Shown: positions 1 through 10,391 of the stretch, in pieces
Numbering within the stretch: position 1 is the stretch's first letter
Layout of the letters: each line of letters starts with the position of its first letter
NCBI GenBank assembly: GCA_902773675.1
Contig: CACYFN010000006.1
Span: 1-60,550 of the forward strand
Reading direction: 5' to 3'
DNA from: an uncultured Erysipelotrichaceae bacterium
GTDB lineage: Bacteria; Bacillota_I; Bacilli_A; RF39; UBA660
Length of the DNA stretch: 60,550 nt
Program-made: the position numbers and the translations under genes
Notes under the pieces: generated by a model
Seen by the model: the letters and a program-made list of their open reading frames with translations, nothing else
The model's database searches: none
What the model was told of the DNA's origin: nothing

Positions 1-528
1 TAATGGTACTTTTCAAGGTAGATTAGTACAAGAACTTAGAATAAATAATATTACCACTATTGAAGAAGCTAATAACTATTTAATTAATATATTTGTTCCT
101 AAGTTTAACAAAAAATTTGCGATGGATTACAAAAAATTCGAATCAGTATTTGAAGAAGCACCTAATGAGCAACAAATCAATTATACACTTGCAGTATTAA
201 CTCCTAGAAAAATAGATAATGGCAATTCTATTAAATATAAAAATAAATACTATCAGCCATATCAAAATGACAAATTAAAATGTTTTATGCCTAAACAGAT
301 TGTTTAGTAATTAATGCATTTAATGGTGATTTACTAGTAACTATTGATGAACAAGTTTTAGAACTAAGAGAATTATCTAGAAATGAAAGATTCTCAAAAG
401 AATTTAATAAAATTGAAGATAAAAAACAAGAAAAGAAAAAATATATTCCTCCAATGTCTCATCCTTGGAAATTAAAATCATTCCTTCAGCAAATGGAAAA
501 AAGTCATAGACAACATCAATATGCTTAA
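1..528 (+). pseudogene. 3' part of a DDE (integrase-fold) IS transposase, cut by the window edge and interrupted by a frameshift between 295 and 304
   Basis: Frame 2 is open from base 2 to the TAG at 305-307 (NGTFQGRLVQELRINNITTIEEANNYLINIFVPKFNKKFA...KCFMPKQIV*). The protein continues in the frame open from 295 (..LVINAFNGDLLVTIDEQVLELRELS..PPMSHPWKLKSFLQQMEKSHRQHQYA*, stop 526-528). The pattern resembles C-termini of ISNCY/IS481-like transposases (memory only). Confidence 0.5.
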
Positions 529-727
529 ACAATCTCCTGGTTTCTTTGTTTCGTTTCTTTTTCATAAAAGAAATGAAAAGCCCGTCCGGCTAAAGGACAG
601 GCAAATGGTGGAAAAAATTCCCGTTAATGTTTAGAATTTTTTGAGACATTTTCAAAAGTTATTGACATACCAATTTTTAATATTTTATTTATTTTTACAA
701 TTTATTAACAATAATTATTTTTTAATT

Positions 728-1594
728 CTATTTCTTAATTTTTTGATATCCATTAACTATATCATTTAAAATAGCTTCATAATCGCCACTTATATTAATA
801 CGATTGCTAATACAATATTTATTAATAATAGCTTTATACATAGTAAGAAGTTTAATCTTATCTTCTGCACTAGCATCATATGTACTCAAATTAAAATTAT
901 CACTAACAAAAATTTTAGTAGGAATTGAAACCTCTTGATTATCAAAATATTTTTTAGAATCCTGTAAAGCAAGTAAAGTACTTGGAACAAATTTTCTAAT
1001 ACCTTCCTTATCTTGAGTACCAGCATCAACTTTTAAACCCATCATGAAGTATGGATATAATATTTCATTACTAGGTATAAATAGCATTTTTTGATTCTCA
1101 TAATCATATTTTCCATCTTTAGGATCATAATTAATAGTCAAAAAATTAAACTTTTCAAAATCACTTAATTTATTAAAAATATTACATTTTATCTGAGACT
1201 TAAAATAATTAATTATTTTAGCTTTATTAGATGGATCATTATCAAGTTCAATTACTTTATCAGAATATTCTAAAATAGATTCAAATAAATCAAAGCTTGA
1301 AAAATTAGAAGTCTCTATATGTAAAATATCTCTTCTATAATCATCAAAATATTCACCTTTAATGTTATTATAATCAACACCAAATAAATGGCATAAATTA
1401 ATATTAAGTATGCCAAAATTAATTTCCTCACCATTACTTAAAATAAAAGTATAATCTTTATCCATATATTTTTCCTTATACTTTTCATAACATTTTTTTA
1501 TATCATCCATAACTCTTTTACTATATTCTAATCCTGGCATAGGTATTTTATTAGCCCATGCTTCAATATATTGCATCTCTTTATGCGTAATCAT
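728..1594 (-). CDS. hypothetical protein, no recognisable domain
   Basis: Track ORF 728..1621. Start moved to the ATG at 1594 (MITHKEMQ..), which has an AAGGGGGA SD about 6 nt upstream. Confidence 0.55.
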   Translation of the reverse strand: MITHKEMQYIEAWANKIPMPGLEYSKRVMDDIKKCYEKYKEKYMDKDYTFILSNGEEINFGILNINLCHLFGVDYNNIKGEYFDDYRRDILHIETSNFSSFDLFESILEYSDKVIELDNDPSNKAKIINYFKSQIKCNIFNKLSDFEKFNFLTINYDPKDGKYDYENQKMLFIPSNEILYPYFMMGLKVDAGTQDKEGIRKFVPSTLLALQDSKKYFDNQEVSIPTKIFVSDNFNLSTYDASAEDKIKLLTMYKAIINKYCISNRINISGDYEAILNDIVNGYQKIKK

Positions 1595-1659
1595 AAATAT
1601 CCCCCTTTGTTTAACAAACAATATAATATATAAAAAAATCTATTTTGTCAAATTAAAAA

Positions 1660-2478
1660 CTAGTCACTATATTGACTAGTTATTCCATAATATTCTTCTA
1701 AACTTAACCAATTACCATTATTATATAACTTTTCTGCAAGTTCCTCACCTACATATCTAAAATGCCATCCCTCATACATATAACCAGTATATTCTTCTTT
1801 ACCTTCAGGGAATCTTAAAGTAAAACCATATTTATAACAATTATCATTTAACCATTTACCTTCTTTAGTTTTAATAAAATCTCTATTAGTACCATTAAGG
1901 TCAAAACATAATCCACTTTGATGTTCCGAATGTCCTGCTCTAGCACTATAAGTATCTGCTTCTTTCTTACCATCTCTTTTAACATAATTATTATATAATT
2001 CTTCTTGAACGCTATAAGATCTATATCCACTAGTGATTACTAAGTTAATACCTTCGCCCTTAGCAGCTTCTTTCATCTCAAGAAATGCTTCCATAACAAA
2101 ATCTTCAATATAATCTCCACCATACAAATAATCCTTTGTAATTGCTTTATAAGGATTAACAGGTTTATAAGTAGAAGGTAGAGCGTATGTTTTATTTACT
2201 ATTAAAATTCCATCAACATAATAAACATCATTTAACTTAGTAATTATATATCCATTAGAAGAAGTACCAACTTTCTCTTCTCCATCACGTAATTTATAAT
2301 CACTTTCATTATGAGATACTTTATCTTCAACTTGATTATTAATATTAATATCTTTATTTATTTCCTTTTTATCTTTAGGTTTAAATATTAGAAATAACAT
2401 TAATAAAATAATAGCAATAAAAATAAATAAAACAAATTTACCTTTATTATTAAGTTGTCTCCTTTTTTTTCTTTTCAT
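1660..2478 (-). CDS. membrane-anchored D-alanyl-D-alanine carboxypeptidase, VanY/M15B family
   Basis: N-terminal TM helix, then SGYRSYSVQEELY, AGHSEHQSGLCFDL and EGWHFRYVG, the zinc-ligand pattern of VanY-type peptidases. Confidence 0.75.
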   Translation of the reverse strand: MKRKKRRQLNNKGKFVLFIFIAIILLMLFLIFKPKDKKEINKDININNQVEDKVSHNESDYKLRDGEEKVGTSSNGYIITKLNDVYYVDGILIVNKTYALPSTYKPVNPYKAITKDYLYGGDYIEDFVMEAFLEMKEAAKGEGINLVITSGYRSYSVQEELYNNYVKRDGKKEADTYSARAGHSEHQSGLCFDLNGTNRDFIKTKEGKWLNDNCYKYGFTLRFPEGKEEYTGYMYEGWHFRYVGEELAEKLYNNGNWLSLEEYYGITSQYSD

Positions 2479-2490
2479 TAAATCACCTGA

Positions 2491-2721
2491 CTATTCAGAT
2501 ACTTGAAAATCTTCTAAAGTATTATTTTCAGTTAATATTTTATTAACTTGTTCTTCCACATTTTTTAATTTATTATCACATAAACTAACAAGTTTCATAG
2601 CATGAGTATATTTTTCAATAGATGCATCTAAATCTACTTCTCCACTTTCAAGTTCGTTAATAATTTTTTCTAACTCTTGAATATTTTCTTCAAATTTTTT
2701 TTCCTTTTCAACTTTACTCAT
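2491..2721 (-). CDS. xseB: exodeoxyribonuclease VII small subunit
   Basis: 76-aa helical protein (FEENIQELEKIINELESGEVDLDASIEKYTHAMKL) overlapping the stop of xseA, the typical xseA-xseB arrangement. Confidence 0.8.
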   Translation of the reverse strand: MSKVEKEKKFEENIQELEKIINELESGEVDLDASIEKYTHAMKLVSLCDNKLKNVEEQVNKILTENNTLEDFQVSE

Positions 2722-3994
2722 TATTCTTCTCCTCTATCTTTTTAATACTACTAATAATATTACCATCATGTAACTTAATTAATAATTCTTTAGTCATATC
2801 AACATCTTTAACACTTTTAATAATATTATTATCTTGCATACTCAAACTATAACCACGTTTAAGTACACCCATAGGATTAATAAGTTCTAACTTTTCCATT
2901 AAATTAGATAAATATATTTTTTTATCCTTATATAAAATACTAGGATTATTTAAAATATAATTACTCTTAATTAAATCTAATTTATGTCTAGAATTCTTTA
3001 TATAATTAGAAAATAGATTTTGAATATTTTCTAAAATGCTATCTAATTTCTGTTTCTTATTTTCATACATAATCATAGGATTCTTTATAACAAAAGAATT
3101 CTTAATAGAATCTAAATACAATTTTTGATAATTTATCTTCTTATTCATAGCTTCATTTAATCTAATCTTTAAATTATTAATATGCGTAATTAAATCACTC
3201 ATATTAGGAACAGCCATCTCAGCAGCTCCAGTAGGTGTCGGAGCACGCATATCAGCTACAAAATCTGCTATTGTAAAATCAATTTCATGACCTACCGCAC
3301 TAATAACAGGTACTTTACAATCAAATATAGCCCTAGCTACTATTTCTTCATTAAAAGGCCACAAATCTTCAATAGATCCCCCACCTCTACCAACAATTAA
3401 TACATCTAGATTATAATTTTCTGCTCTTTTTATATTTCTAACAATATCTTCTGCTGCTGATTCTCCTTGCACTAAACTAGGAAATAAAATAGTTTCAACC
3501 ATTGGAAATCTTCTTTTAATAGTAGATATTATATCCTTAATAGCTGCTCCAGTAGGCGCAGTTACAATACCAATTTTCTCAGGTATCTTAGGTAATTGTT
3601 TCTTATATTTAGGATCAAATAATCCTTCTTTAGCGAGTTCTTTTTTTAACTTTTCAAAAGCAATATATAAATTACCAACACCATCTTCTAACATCTCATC
3701 TGCATATATCTGATAACTACCAGAGCTTTCATAAACACTAATTCTACCATGTATTAATACTTTAGAACCATCAATAGGTTTAAAATTTAACTTTTTAGCA
3801 GCACTACTAAACATAATAGCATTTATCTTCGAATTTTCATCCTTAATAGAAAAGTATAAATGCCCCGTAGTATGAAACTTTAAATTAGAAATCTCTCCCT
3901 TTAAAAACACATTAGTTAAATTCTTATCATTATCAAATTTATATTTTAAATATTTATTAATAGCTGTAACAGTTAAATACTTACTATCATTCAT
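2714..3994 (-). CDS. xseA: exodeoxyribonuclease VII large subunit
   Basis: 426 aa. N-terminal OB-fold (VFLKGEISNLKFHTTGHLYFSIKD), catalytic core (IGIVTAPTGAAIKDI, LIVGRGGGSIEDLWPFNEE, ISAVGHEIDFTIADFVAD). Confidence 0.9.
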   Translation of the reverse strand: MNDSKYLTVTAINKYLKYKFDNDKNLTNVFLKGEISNLKFHTTGHLYFSIKDENSKINAIMFSSAAKKLNFKPIDGSKVLIHGRISVYESSGSYQIYADEMLEDGVGNLYIAFEKLKKELAKEGLFDPKYKKQLPKIPEKIGIVTAPTGAAIKDIISTIKRRFPMVETILFPSLVQGESAAEDIVRNIKRAENYNLDVLIVGRGGGSIEDLWPFNEEIVARAIFDCKVPVISAVGHEIDFTIADFVADMRAPTPTGAAEMAVPNMSDLITHINNLKIRLNEAMNKKINYQKLYLDSIKNSFVIKNPMIMYENKKQKLDSILENIQNLFSNYIKNSRHKLDLIKSNYILNNPSILYKDKKIYLSNLMEKLELINPMGVLKRGYSLSMQDNNIIKSVKDVDMTKELLIKLHDGNIISSIKKIEEKNNE

Positions 3995-4397
3995 GATCTA
4001 ATTCCTCATGATATATTTTATCAAGTAATCCATTTATCATATTTTTAACCTTATCATCACTATATAATTTAGCTAACTCTACTGCTTCATTAATAACAAC
4101 AACATTAGGAGTATCAGTATATTTTAGTTCATAAATACCCATTCTAATAATAGCTTGATCAGTATTTCCTAATCTATCAATAGTCCATTTATTTAAATAT
4201 TTATTAGCTAATTCATCTATATCTTTTTTATAAGTAATAACTCCATATACCATATCTTTAACAAATTCATTATCAATATCTAGTACATCCTTAATAACTT
4301 CTTCAACTTTATAATTAACTTTATTAGTATCATATACATTAATTTGATATAAAATAGTCATTATTTTTTTTCTTAACTCACTTCTAGTTATTTCCAT
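3987..4397 (-). CDS. nusB: transcription antitermination factor NusB
   Basis: TRSELRKKIMTILYQ.., DQAIIRMGIYEL, VINEAVELAK. Track ORF starts at 4436; the ATG at 4397 has a GGAGTGA SD upstream. Confidence 0.85.
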   Translation of the reverse strand: MEITRSELRKKIMTILYQINVYDTNKVNYKVEEVIKDVLDIDNEFVKDMVYGVITYKKDIDELANKYLNKWTIDRLGNTDQAIIRMGIYELKYTDTPNVVVINEAVELAKLYSDDKVKNMINGLLDKIYHEELDHE

Positions 4398-4432
4398 AAA
4401 ATCACTCCACAATAATTTTATCACATAAATAC

Positions 4433-4765
4433 TCATTCATCAACAAGTTTAATTAAAAAATCAAAACTACTATTAATTCCTTTATTAACCATTTTACTAA
4501 TAAATTCTGATAAATCATATCCCATTTTTGATAATCTAGTTTGATAATGCTTATTAGTATTAACAACATAATCAGTTAATTTAACATTCTTTCCATTTTT
4601 GACATCATCTTCAAACTTAGATATCTGTTCCTTAGTTAAAGTTGTCTTTTGATAATTTTTAAATTCATAATATCCTGTTAACTGTGAAACATATATAGTC
4701 ATATAAATAACAAATAAAAATACAATAATAAATTTTAATACTTTATTTTTCTTATCCTTTTTCAT
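4433..4765 (-). CDS. hypothetical membrane-anchored protein
   Basis: 110 aa with a basic N-terminus and one TM helix (FIIVFLFVIYMTIYV). Overlaps both neighbours, which suggests co-translation in the operon. Confidence 0.5.
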   Translation of the reverse strand: MKKDKKNKVLKFIIVFLFVIYMTIYVSQLTGYYEFKNYQKTTLTKEQISKFEDDVKNGKNVKLTDYVVNTNKHYQTRLSKMGYDLSEFISKMVNKGINSSFDFLIKLVDE

Positions 4766-5684
4766 TAATATATTCTCCTATAATAGGTATAATTAAGTCA
4801 ATAGTATTAGCTACTTCACTAATATTATTATAATTACCACCTACCTCTATTAACATAATATTAGAGCCTAAATCTTGATTATATATTCCATTAACACCCG
4901 CACCTTCTTTTTCTAAAACACCCCGTGTTAAAGTAGGATATTTATCCTTAATCATATCATTTAATCTTTTAGTATTTTCTAAATTTTTTAAATAATTATC
5001 ATGTTCTTTACCAACTACAAACATTATTTTCGCACAATCTACTCCATCAATATTAATAGTAGAATATTCATGTGTAATTGCATCCCTATGTACATCAATA
5101 TATAATTTAATACTATCATACTCTTCTATAGTATTAACTAAATAATATCTGCTTGCTTCATAACTTTCAGAATACTTCATATTATGCTTATTTAAATATT
5201 CACTAATATCATTATCCTCTACAATAGTATATAATCCCATTTTATCAAACTTTTCTTTCATCATATAAGAAGCAGTATATACAGTAGGTAATAGACTATT
5301 ATCTTCTATATAATTATTACTATATTCCTCCTTCTGATGAGTATTATATAGATAAATAATTGGTTTTATATCCTTTTCATTAGAAACTATTTTAATATCT
5401 TCTTTCTTCTCATAATAATATGTATTAGTAGCAAGTAAACTCACAGGATTATTAATAGTATCATGAGCAGCTAATTTAAATGCACTATTAAATACATTAT
5501 AATCACTATAACTATTATCATTTAAAATCATTTTTATTATATTTTCATCAACTTTAAAATTAACCTTAACATTAAATAATTTATAAATTAAATATAAAAT
5601 AATTAAAAATATGATAATTTTAATAAATTTAGGAATTTTTATTTTTCTCCTACTTTTAAATCTTCGCTTCAATTTAACCACCAA
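4752..5684 (-). CDS. spoIIP: stage II sporulation protein P (SpoIIP family)
   Basis: N-terminal TM helix, then IYLYNTHQKEEYS, YIDVHRDA and IMLIEVGGNYNN, motifs characteristic of SpoIIP. Confidence 0.8.
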   Translation of the reverse strand: MVVKLKRRFKSRRKIKIPKFIKIIIFLIILYLIYKLFNVKVNFKVDENIIKMILNDNSYSDYNVFNSAFKLAAHDTINNPVSLLATNTYYYEKKEDIKIVSNEKDIKPIIYLYNTHQKEEYSNNYIEDNSLLPTVYTASYMMKEKFDKMGLYTIVEDNDISEYLNKHNMKYSESYEASRYYLVNTIEEYDSIKLYIDVHRDAITHEYSTINIDGVDCAKIMFVVGKEHDNYLKNLENTKRLNDMIKDKYPTLTRGVLEKEGAGVNGIYNQDLGSNIMLIEVGGNYNNISEVANTIDLIIPIIGEYINEKG

Positions 5685-5791
5685 TATTAATATATAATAT
5701 TTAATAAAAAAATAATGTCGAAATAGAAAATAAAAATTTATTATATTATTTTTTCTAAATTCATGATAAAATATAAATATCGGAGGTAATT

Positions 5792-6448
5792 ATGAAGCAC
5801 TTAATTAATAATATTAAAGCATTTAATAAAGATACAATAACTATGTTTAAAGAATTATTTAATAAGAAAACATTTATAAAACAATTAGCTAATATGTTAT
5901 CGTTTATCAGATTACTTCTAATAATACCAATACTAATATTAATTATTATTTATTTAAATAATAAAAGCACAATAATATTAATAATTACTGGTATACTTGC
6001 ACTTATAGGAGGAATAACCGATTACTTTGATGGAAAAATAGCTAGAAAATATAAAACAGTATCTGATTATGGAAAAAAATTAGATCAAATATCTGATAAA
6101 ACATTTGCAACTACCTTATCATTATTACTAATAACTATAAATAAATATTTCATAATTACCCTAATATTAGAACTATTAATTATAATTACCAATGCTCTAT
6201 TTAATTTAAAATTTAAAAATATTAATAATGATAGTAATATGATAGGAAAATTAAAACAATGGCCATTATTTGCTTTACTATTTATGGGTTTTATATCAAA
6301 TATTAATGAATTTTTATATAATATTACATTATTTTTATTTATCTTAACTACAATAATGCAACTACTAACAATATTATCTTATATAAATAAGCATAATAAA
6401 GAAATAAAAATATTTATTAAATCAAAAATAAAAGGTACTATTAATTAG
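5792..6448 (+). CDS. CDP-alcohol phosphatidyltransferase family protein (PgsA-like)
   Basis: DYFDGKIARKYKTVSDYGKKLDQISDK fits D-x2-DG-x2-AR-x8-G-x3-D-x3-D. Multi-TM protein. GGAGG SD before the ATG. Confidence 0.75.
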   Translation: MKHLINNIKAFNKDTITMFKELFNKKTFIKQLANMLSFIRLLLIIPILILIIIYLNNKSTIILIITGILALIGGITDYFDGKIARKYKTVSDYGKKLDQISDKTFATTLSLLLITINKYFIITLILELLIIITNALFNLKFKNINNDSNMIGKLKQWPLFALLFMGFISNINEFLYNITLFLFILTTIMQLLTILSYINKHNKEIKIFIKSKIKGTIN

Positions 6449-7721
6449 TACCTATTTTTTTGCATGTTAAATATGGATAATTGTTTTCACCAATTATAAC
6501 CTTAATATCCTTACCAATATCATCACTATTACCTAAACATTTAATACTTAAATAATTACCAGTATGTCCCATTAAATAACCATCTTTATATACTTCAGGA
6601 ATAAATATAACCTCTTTATTAATAAACTTATTCATATAATCATTTTCTAATTTATTAGAAAGTTCAATTAAAATATGTGTTCTTTCTTTCTTAGTAACAT
6701 CATCAACTTGATCATTCATTTCTGCTGCTTTAGTACCATTTCTCTTCGAATATGGAAAAACATGTAACTTAGAAAAATTAATCTTCTTAATAGTATCAAT
6801 AGTCTCATTAAATTCTTCATCAGTTTCTCCAGGAAAGCCTACTATCACATCAGTAGTAATAGATATAGAAGGTCTAATACTTCTTATTTCATTAATTTTA
6901 TTAATAAAATACTTTTTATCATATTTACGATTCATTCTTCTTAGTACGCCATCACTACCAGATTGAATAGGAATATGCATATGATCTACAAGAATATCAT
7001 TGTTCTTAATAACATCTAATACTCTATCATTTAATTCCGTAGCTTCAATAGAAGATATTCTAAGTCTTTCTAACCCTTTAATTTTAACTAAATCATTTAA
7101 TAAAGAAGCAAAATCATAATTATCAAATTCAACACCATAATTACCAGTATGAATACCAGTTAAAACCACTTCTTTATGGCCATTATTAACTAAAGTATTT
7201 ACCTCATTTAAAACATCTTCCCTACTTTTACTTCTAACATTACCCCTAACATAAGGAATAACACAATAAGAACAGAAATTATTGCATCCATCCTGTATTT
7301 TAACAAAAGCTCTTGTTTTATTAAAATTATTTAAAATCATTGGTTCAAAGGTAACATCCATCATATCATAAATATCCAATTTTTTATTCTTAGTCTTGAC
7401 ATAATCAGCAATATAATCAGCAATATTAGATTTACCAACGTTACCTATTATGATATCTACTCCATCAATAGATTCTTTCTTATTTTGAACCATACAACCA
7501 CATACCACAATAATAGAATTACCATGTTCTTTAACTACTCTTCTAATTAATTTCATAGATTTATTATCAGCAGTATTAGTAACGGTACATGTATTTATAA
7601 TATATATATCTGCATCATCGCTTACTTCAATATAACCCTTATTAATTAATTTATCTCTCATAACATTAGATTCATAAGAATTAACCTTACAACCTAAAGT
7701 AAATATATTAAAAGTCATCAA
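6441..7721 (-). CDS. mtaB: tRNA t6A37 methylthiotransferase MtaB (radical SAM)
   Basis: N-terminal TLGCKVNSYES, radical-SAM CNNFCSYC, C-terminal TRAM-like region, 426 aa. Confidence 0.85.
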   Translation of the reverse strand: MMTFNIFTLGCKVNSYESNVMRDKLINKGYIEVSDDADIYIINTCTVTNTADNKSMKLIRRVVKEHGNSIIVVCGCMVQNKKESIDGVDIIIGNVGKSNIADYIADYVKTKNKKLDIYDMMDVTFEPMILNNFNKTRAFVKIQDGCNNFCSYCVIPYVRGNVRSKSREDVLNEVNTLVNNGHKEVVLTGIHTGNYGVEFDNYDFASLLNDLVKIKGLERLRISSIEATELNDRVLDVIKNNDILVDHMHIPIQSGSDGVLRRMNRKYDKKYFINKINEIRSIRPSISITTDVIVGFPGETDEEFNETIDTIKKINFSKLHVFPYSKRNGTKAAEMNDQVDDVTKKERTHILIELSNKLENDYMNKFINKEVIFIPEVYKDGYLMGHTGNYLSIKCLGNSDDIGKDIKVIIGENNYPYLTCKKIGTN

Positions 7722-7785
7722 ACCACCTCAAAAACAAAATAATTATATAATAAAAATAATATTTTTACAAGAAAAAAAGATATAA

Positions 7786-8484
7786 TTATCTTTCATCATT
7801 AATAATATCATCAAATGCTTCTTCAAAACTATCAACAACATATTCATACTTATCTAAATATTCATTAATATCATCATTAATTCCATAAGTAATATAATCA
7901 TATTCACACATAGATAAATCATTAATATCATTACCAATTACATAAATAGGATATTTACTAAAATTATAATATTCAGATAAAAATTTAATAGCTCTCCCCT
8001 TAGTTTCAGTTTTCTTAGTAATATTTATCCAATTATTACTAACATAGCCAAATATACTAGTATACCTACTATTTAACTTATTAACTAATTTAATAGCTTT
8101 ATCTCTATCATAATATCTAGCAATCAATTTATTAGTAGATCTATTAATATCATCCACTAAACCATTACCTGTATCAATTAAAACTTCTAAAATATTATCA
8201 TCATTCTTAAGATCATTATAAATAGGTCTAACCATACTATTATCAATATCAGTTCTATATATAACATTATAAAATTGATCTAATATAATAGCGCCATCAT
8301 TACATATATAAAAACTAGGATTAAGTTTAAATTTATCTAAATCTTTCTTTAAAGAAGACATATTTCTACCAGTAGCAATTATAAAAATATTACCAGCCAT
8401 CACAAATTTATTAATTTTATCTTGATATATTATATTATTATTTTTATATAAAGTACCATCAAAATCACTAACAATAACTTTCAT
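7786..8484 (-). CDS. HAD-IIB (Cof-type) hydrolase
   Basis: VSDFDGTL motif I, ATGR motif II, GNDINDL motif IV. Confidence 0.7.
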   Translation of the reverse strand: MKVIVSDFDGTLYKNNNIIYQDKINKFVMAGNIFIIATGRNMSSLKKDLDKFKLNPSFYICNDGAIILDQFYNVIYRTDIDNSMVRPIYNDLKNDDNILEVLIDTGNGLVDDINRSTNKLIARYYDRDKAIKLVNKLNSRYTSIFGYVSNNWINITKKTETKGRAIKFLSEYYNFSKYPIYVIGNDINDLSMCEYDYITYGINDDINEYLDKYEYVVDSFEEAFDDIINDER

Positions 8485-8492
8485 ATAACCTC

Positions 8493-9038
8493 CTAACTAA
8501 CAAGTACATTACTTATAAAATCTACTAAATTATATAATGTATCTAATATAAAATATATTTTATTCATAAACCAATTACTTCTAGATTTAGAAGTATCAAT
8601 AACAAGTAATATACTATCTTTATATTCCTTAACTTCCAAAATTGATTTATATCTTTTATATCTTTTATTAAGTAATTCAATATCAATATCATCTTTATTA
8701 CCATATAAATATATTTTTTTATTATTTAAATAAATACTATCTCTAATAAAATACTTTAAATAATCATTAATTTCCTTAGAATCACAAACAATATAATCAA
8801 TACTTTTTCTTTTAAAATATTTATATAATTTCTTTATATTAATAGTTTTACCAGAACTAGTAGTTCTTTTTTTTCTTTTAGAAACACTTATACCAGGTTT
8901 AGCTTGATCAATAGTATAAACATTAACATGATTATTATTTTTAAATCCATCTAATAACTTATAATCAATACCAACACATATTACATTGCCTTCTATTTTC
9001 TTAAAAATATCTAGTAAATACTTATACATCTTTACCAC
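8493..9038 (-). CDS. hypothetical protein
   Basis: 181-aa ORF overlapping the tcdA stop by 17 nt. No motif recognised. Confidence 0.45.
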   Translation of the reverse strand: MVKMYKYLLDIFKKIEGNVICVGIDYKLLDGFKNNNHVNVYTIDQAKPGISVSKRKKRTTSSGKTINIKKLYKYFKRKSIDYIVCDSKEINDYLKYFIRDSIYLNNKKIYLYGNKDDIDIELLNKRYKRYKSILEVKEYKDSILLVIDTSKSRSNWFMNKIYFILDTLYNLVDFISNVLVS

Positions 9039-9702
9039 CTACAATATCATTAATAACATAACTAGTTAATAAAAGTCCAGCACTAGCAGGTACAAAACTA
9101 TTAGACGGAATATCTTTAATTATCTTAGTATAAGCTTCCTCATCACTACTAACTACATTAACATGACGAATACCTATTTCATTTAATCTTTTTCTCATTA
9201 TCTTACTCAATTTATCATAATTAGTCTTACTAATATCCATAATCCTTAATCTAGAAGGATCCATCTTATTACCAGTACCCATACAAGATATAATCTTTTT
9301 ATTATTATTCTTACAATATTCAATTAATGATACTTTAGTATCAATAGTATCACATGCATCAATTACATAATCAACTTGATCTTTAAATAAAATATCAATA
9401 TTTTCTTTATTAATGAATTCTTTAATAGAAGTAACATTACAATTAGGATTAATAGATAATATCCTATCTTTCATAACATCAACTTTATATTTACCTATAT
9501 TATCCATATTAGTCATTAATTGTCTATTTAAGTTAGTAATATCTATTGTATCGTTATCAACAATAGTAATATTTTCTATACCGCTTCTTATTAATGATTC
9601 ACATGCATAACTTCCTACTCCACCTATACCAACAAGAAGTACCCTCTTACTTTTAATATAGTTAATTTTATTACCAATTAATAATTCTAATCTCTCAAAC
9701 AT
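9022..9702 (-). CDS. tcdA: tRNA threonylcarbamoyladenosine dehydratase (ThiF/MoeB-fold)
   Basis: LLVGIGGVGSYACESL Rossmann motif, NLNRQ, 226 aa, typical TcdA/CsdL length. Confidence 0.8.
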   Translation of the reverse strand: MFERLELLIGNKINYIKSKRVLLVGIGGVGSYACESLIRSGIENITIVDNDTIDITNLNRQLMTNMDNIGKYKVDVMKDRILSINPNCNVTSIKEFINKENIDILFKDQVDYVIDACDTIDTKVSLIEYCKNNNKKIISCMGTGNKMDPSRLRIMDISKTNYDKLSKIMRKRLNEIGIRHVNVVSSDEEAYTKIIKDIPSNSFVPASAGLLLTSYVINDIVGGKDV

Positions 9703-9764
9703 AATAAATCCTCGCTTAATCTAAAATAATTATATCATATTTTTCTATTAAAAAAAAGGAATAA

Positions 9765-10391
9765 TTATTCATTATCATTCCTTTTATCATGTTCTACTTT
9801 AGAATAAATACAACCACAATAATCTTGTCTATACATATTATATAATTTAGATAGTTCAATACTTCTTTTATAACCATTCTTCTTTTTAAAATCAGAATAT
9901 AAATATTTAACACCATATTCTTTTTCTAAATAAGTTCCTATTTCATTAATCCAATCACTAATCTTATAAGGACTAATTGATAATGTAGTAGTACAATAAT
10001 CATAATTATTAATACTTGCATACTTAAATGATTCTTCCATTCTTAGTTCATAACATTTATAACATCTTTTACTTTTCTCTCCTAAATGTTCAAGTCCTTT
10101 TACCGCTTTATAATATTGATTTGGAATATAATCAAGTTCAACTAAATTAATACTATTTTTATGTGGTAATTTAGTTAATAAATCTTTTAATTCATTTAAT
10201 CTTCGATTATATTCTAAATCAGGATAAATATTAGGATTATAATAAAGAATAGTAATATCAAAATAATTAGTTAATAATTCTAAACAATAAGAACTACATG
10301 GTCCACAACATGCATGTAATAATAATTTAGGAATATTATCACTATCTTTAACACTCTCTAATATTTTTTCAAATTCTAAATAATAATTCAT
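9765..10391 (-). CDS. queH: epoxyqueuosine reductase QueH (DUF208)
   Basis: LLLHACCGPCSSY, CYKCYELR and DYCGC cysteine motifs of the QueH family. Confidence 0.8.
   Translation of the reverse strand: MNYYLEFEKILESVKDSDNIPKLLLHACCGPCSSYCLELLTNYFDITILYYNPNIYPDLEYNRRLNELKDLLTKLPHKNSINLVELDYIPNQYYKAVKGLEHLGEKSKRCYKCYELRMEESFKYASINNYDYCTTTLSISPYKISDWINEIGTYLEKEYGVKYLYSDFKKKNGYKRSIELSKLYNMYRQDYCGCIYSKVEHDKRNDNE

Noticed and set aside
666-712. A ~40-nt similarity between 666-712 and 43737-43775 (ataccaatttt(t)aatatttt.tt.atttttacaatt), each lying just 3' of a minus-strand stop codon. It could be a dispersed repeat or an IS-end remnant.
   Set aside because: There are only two copies, with indels, in extremely AT-rich low-complexity DNA. 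Similarity decays immediately outside the block. I cannot show significance without a genome-wide background, so it is not reported as a feature.
1848-2030. Track ORFs nested inside, or antisense to, longer well-supported genes: 1848..2030, 9413..9610, 23814..24029, 42160..42357, 42175..42375, 46028..46276, 49308..49535, 52242..52454, 52491..52688, 59868..60266.
   Set aside because: Each lies entirely within a longer ORF that has clear family motifs. Their translations are Ile/Leu/Ser/Phe-rich low-complexity strings, as expected from alternate or reverse frames of AT-rich coding DNA. None has a visible SD.
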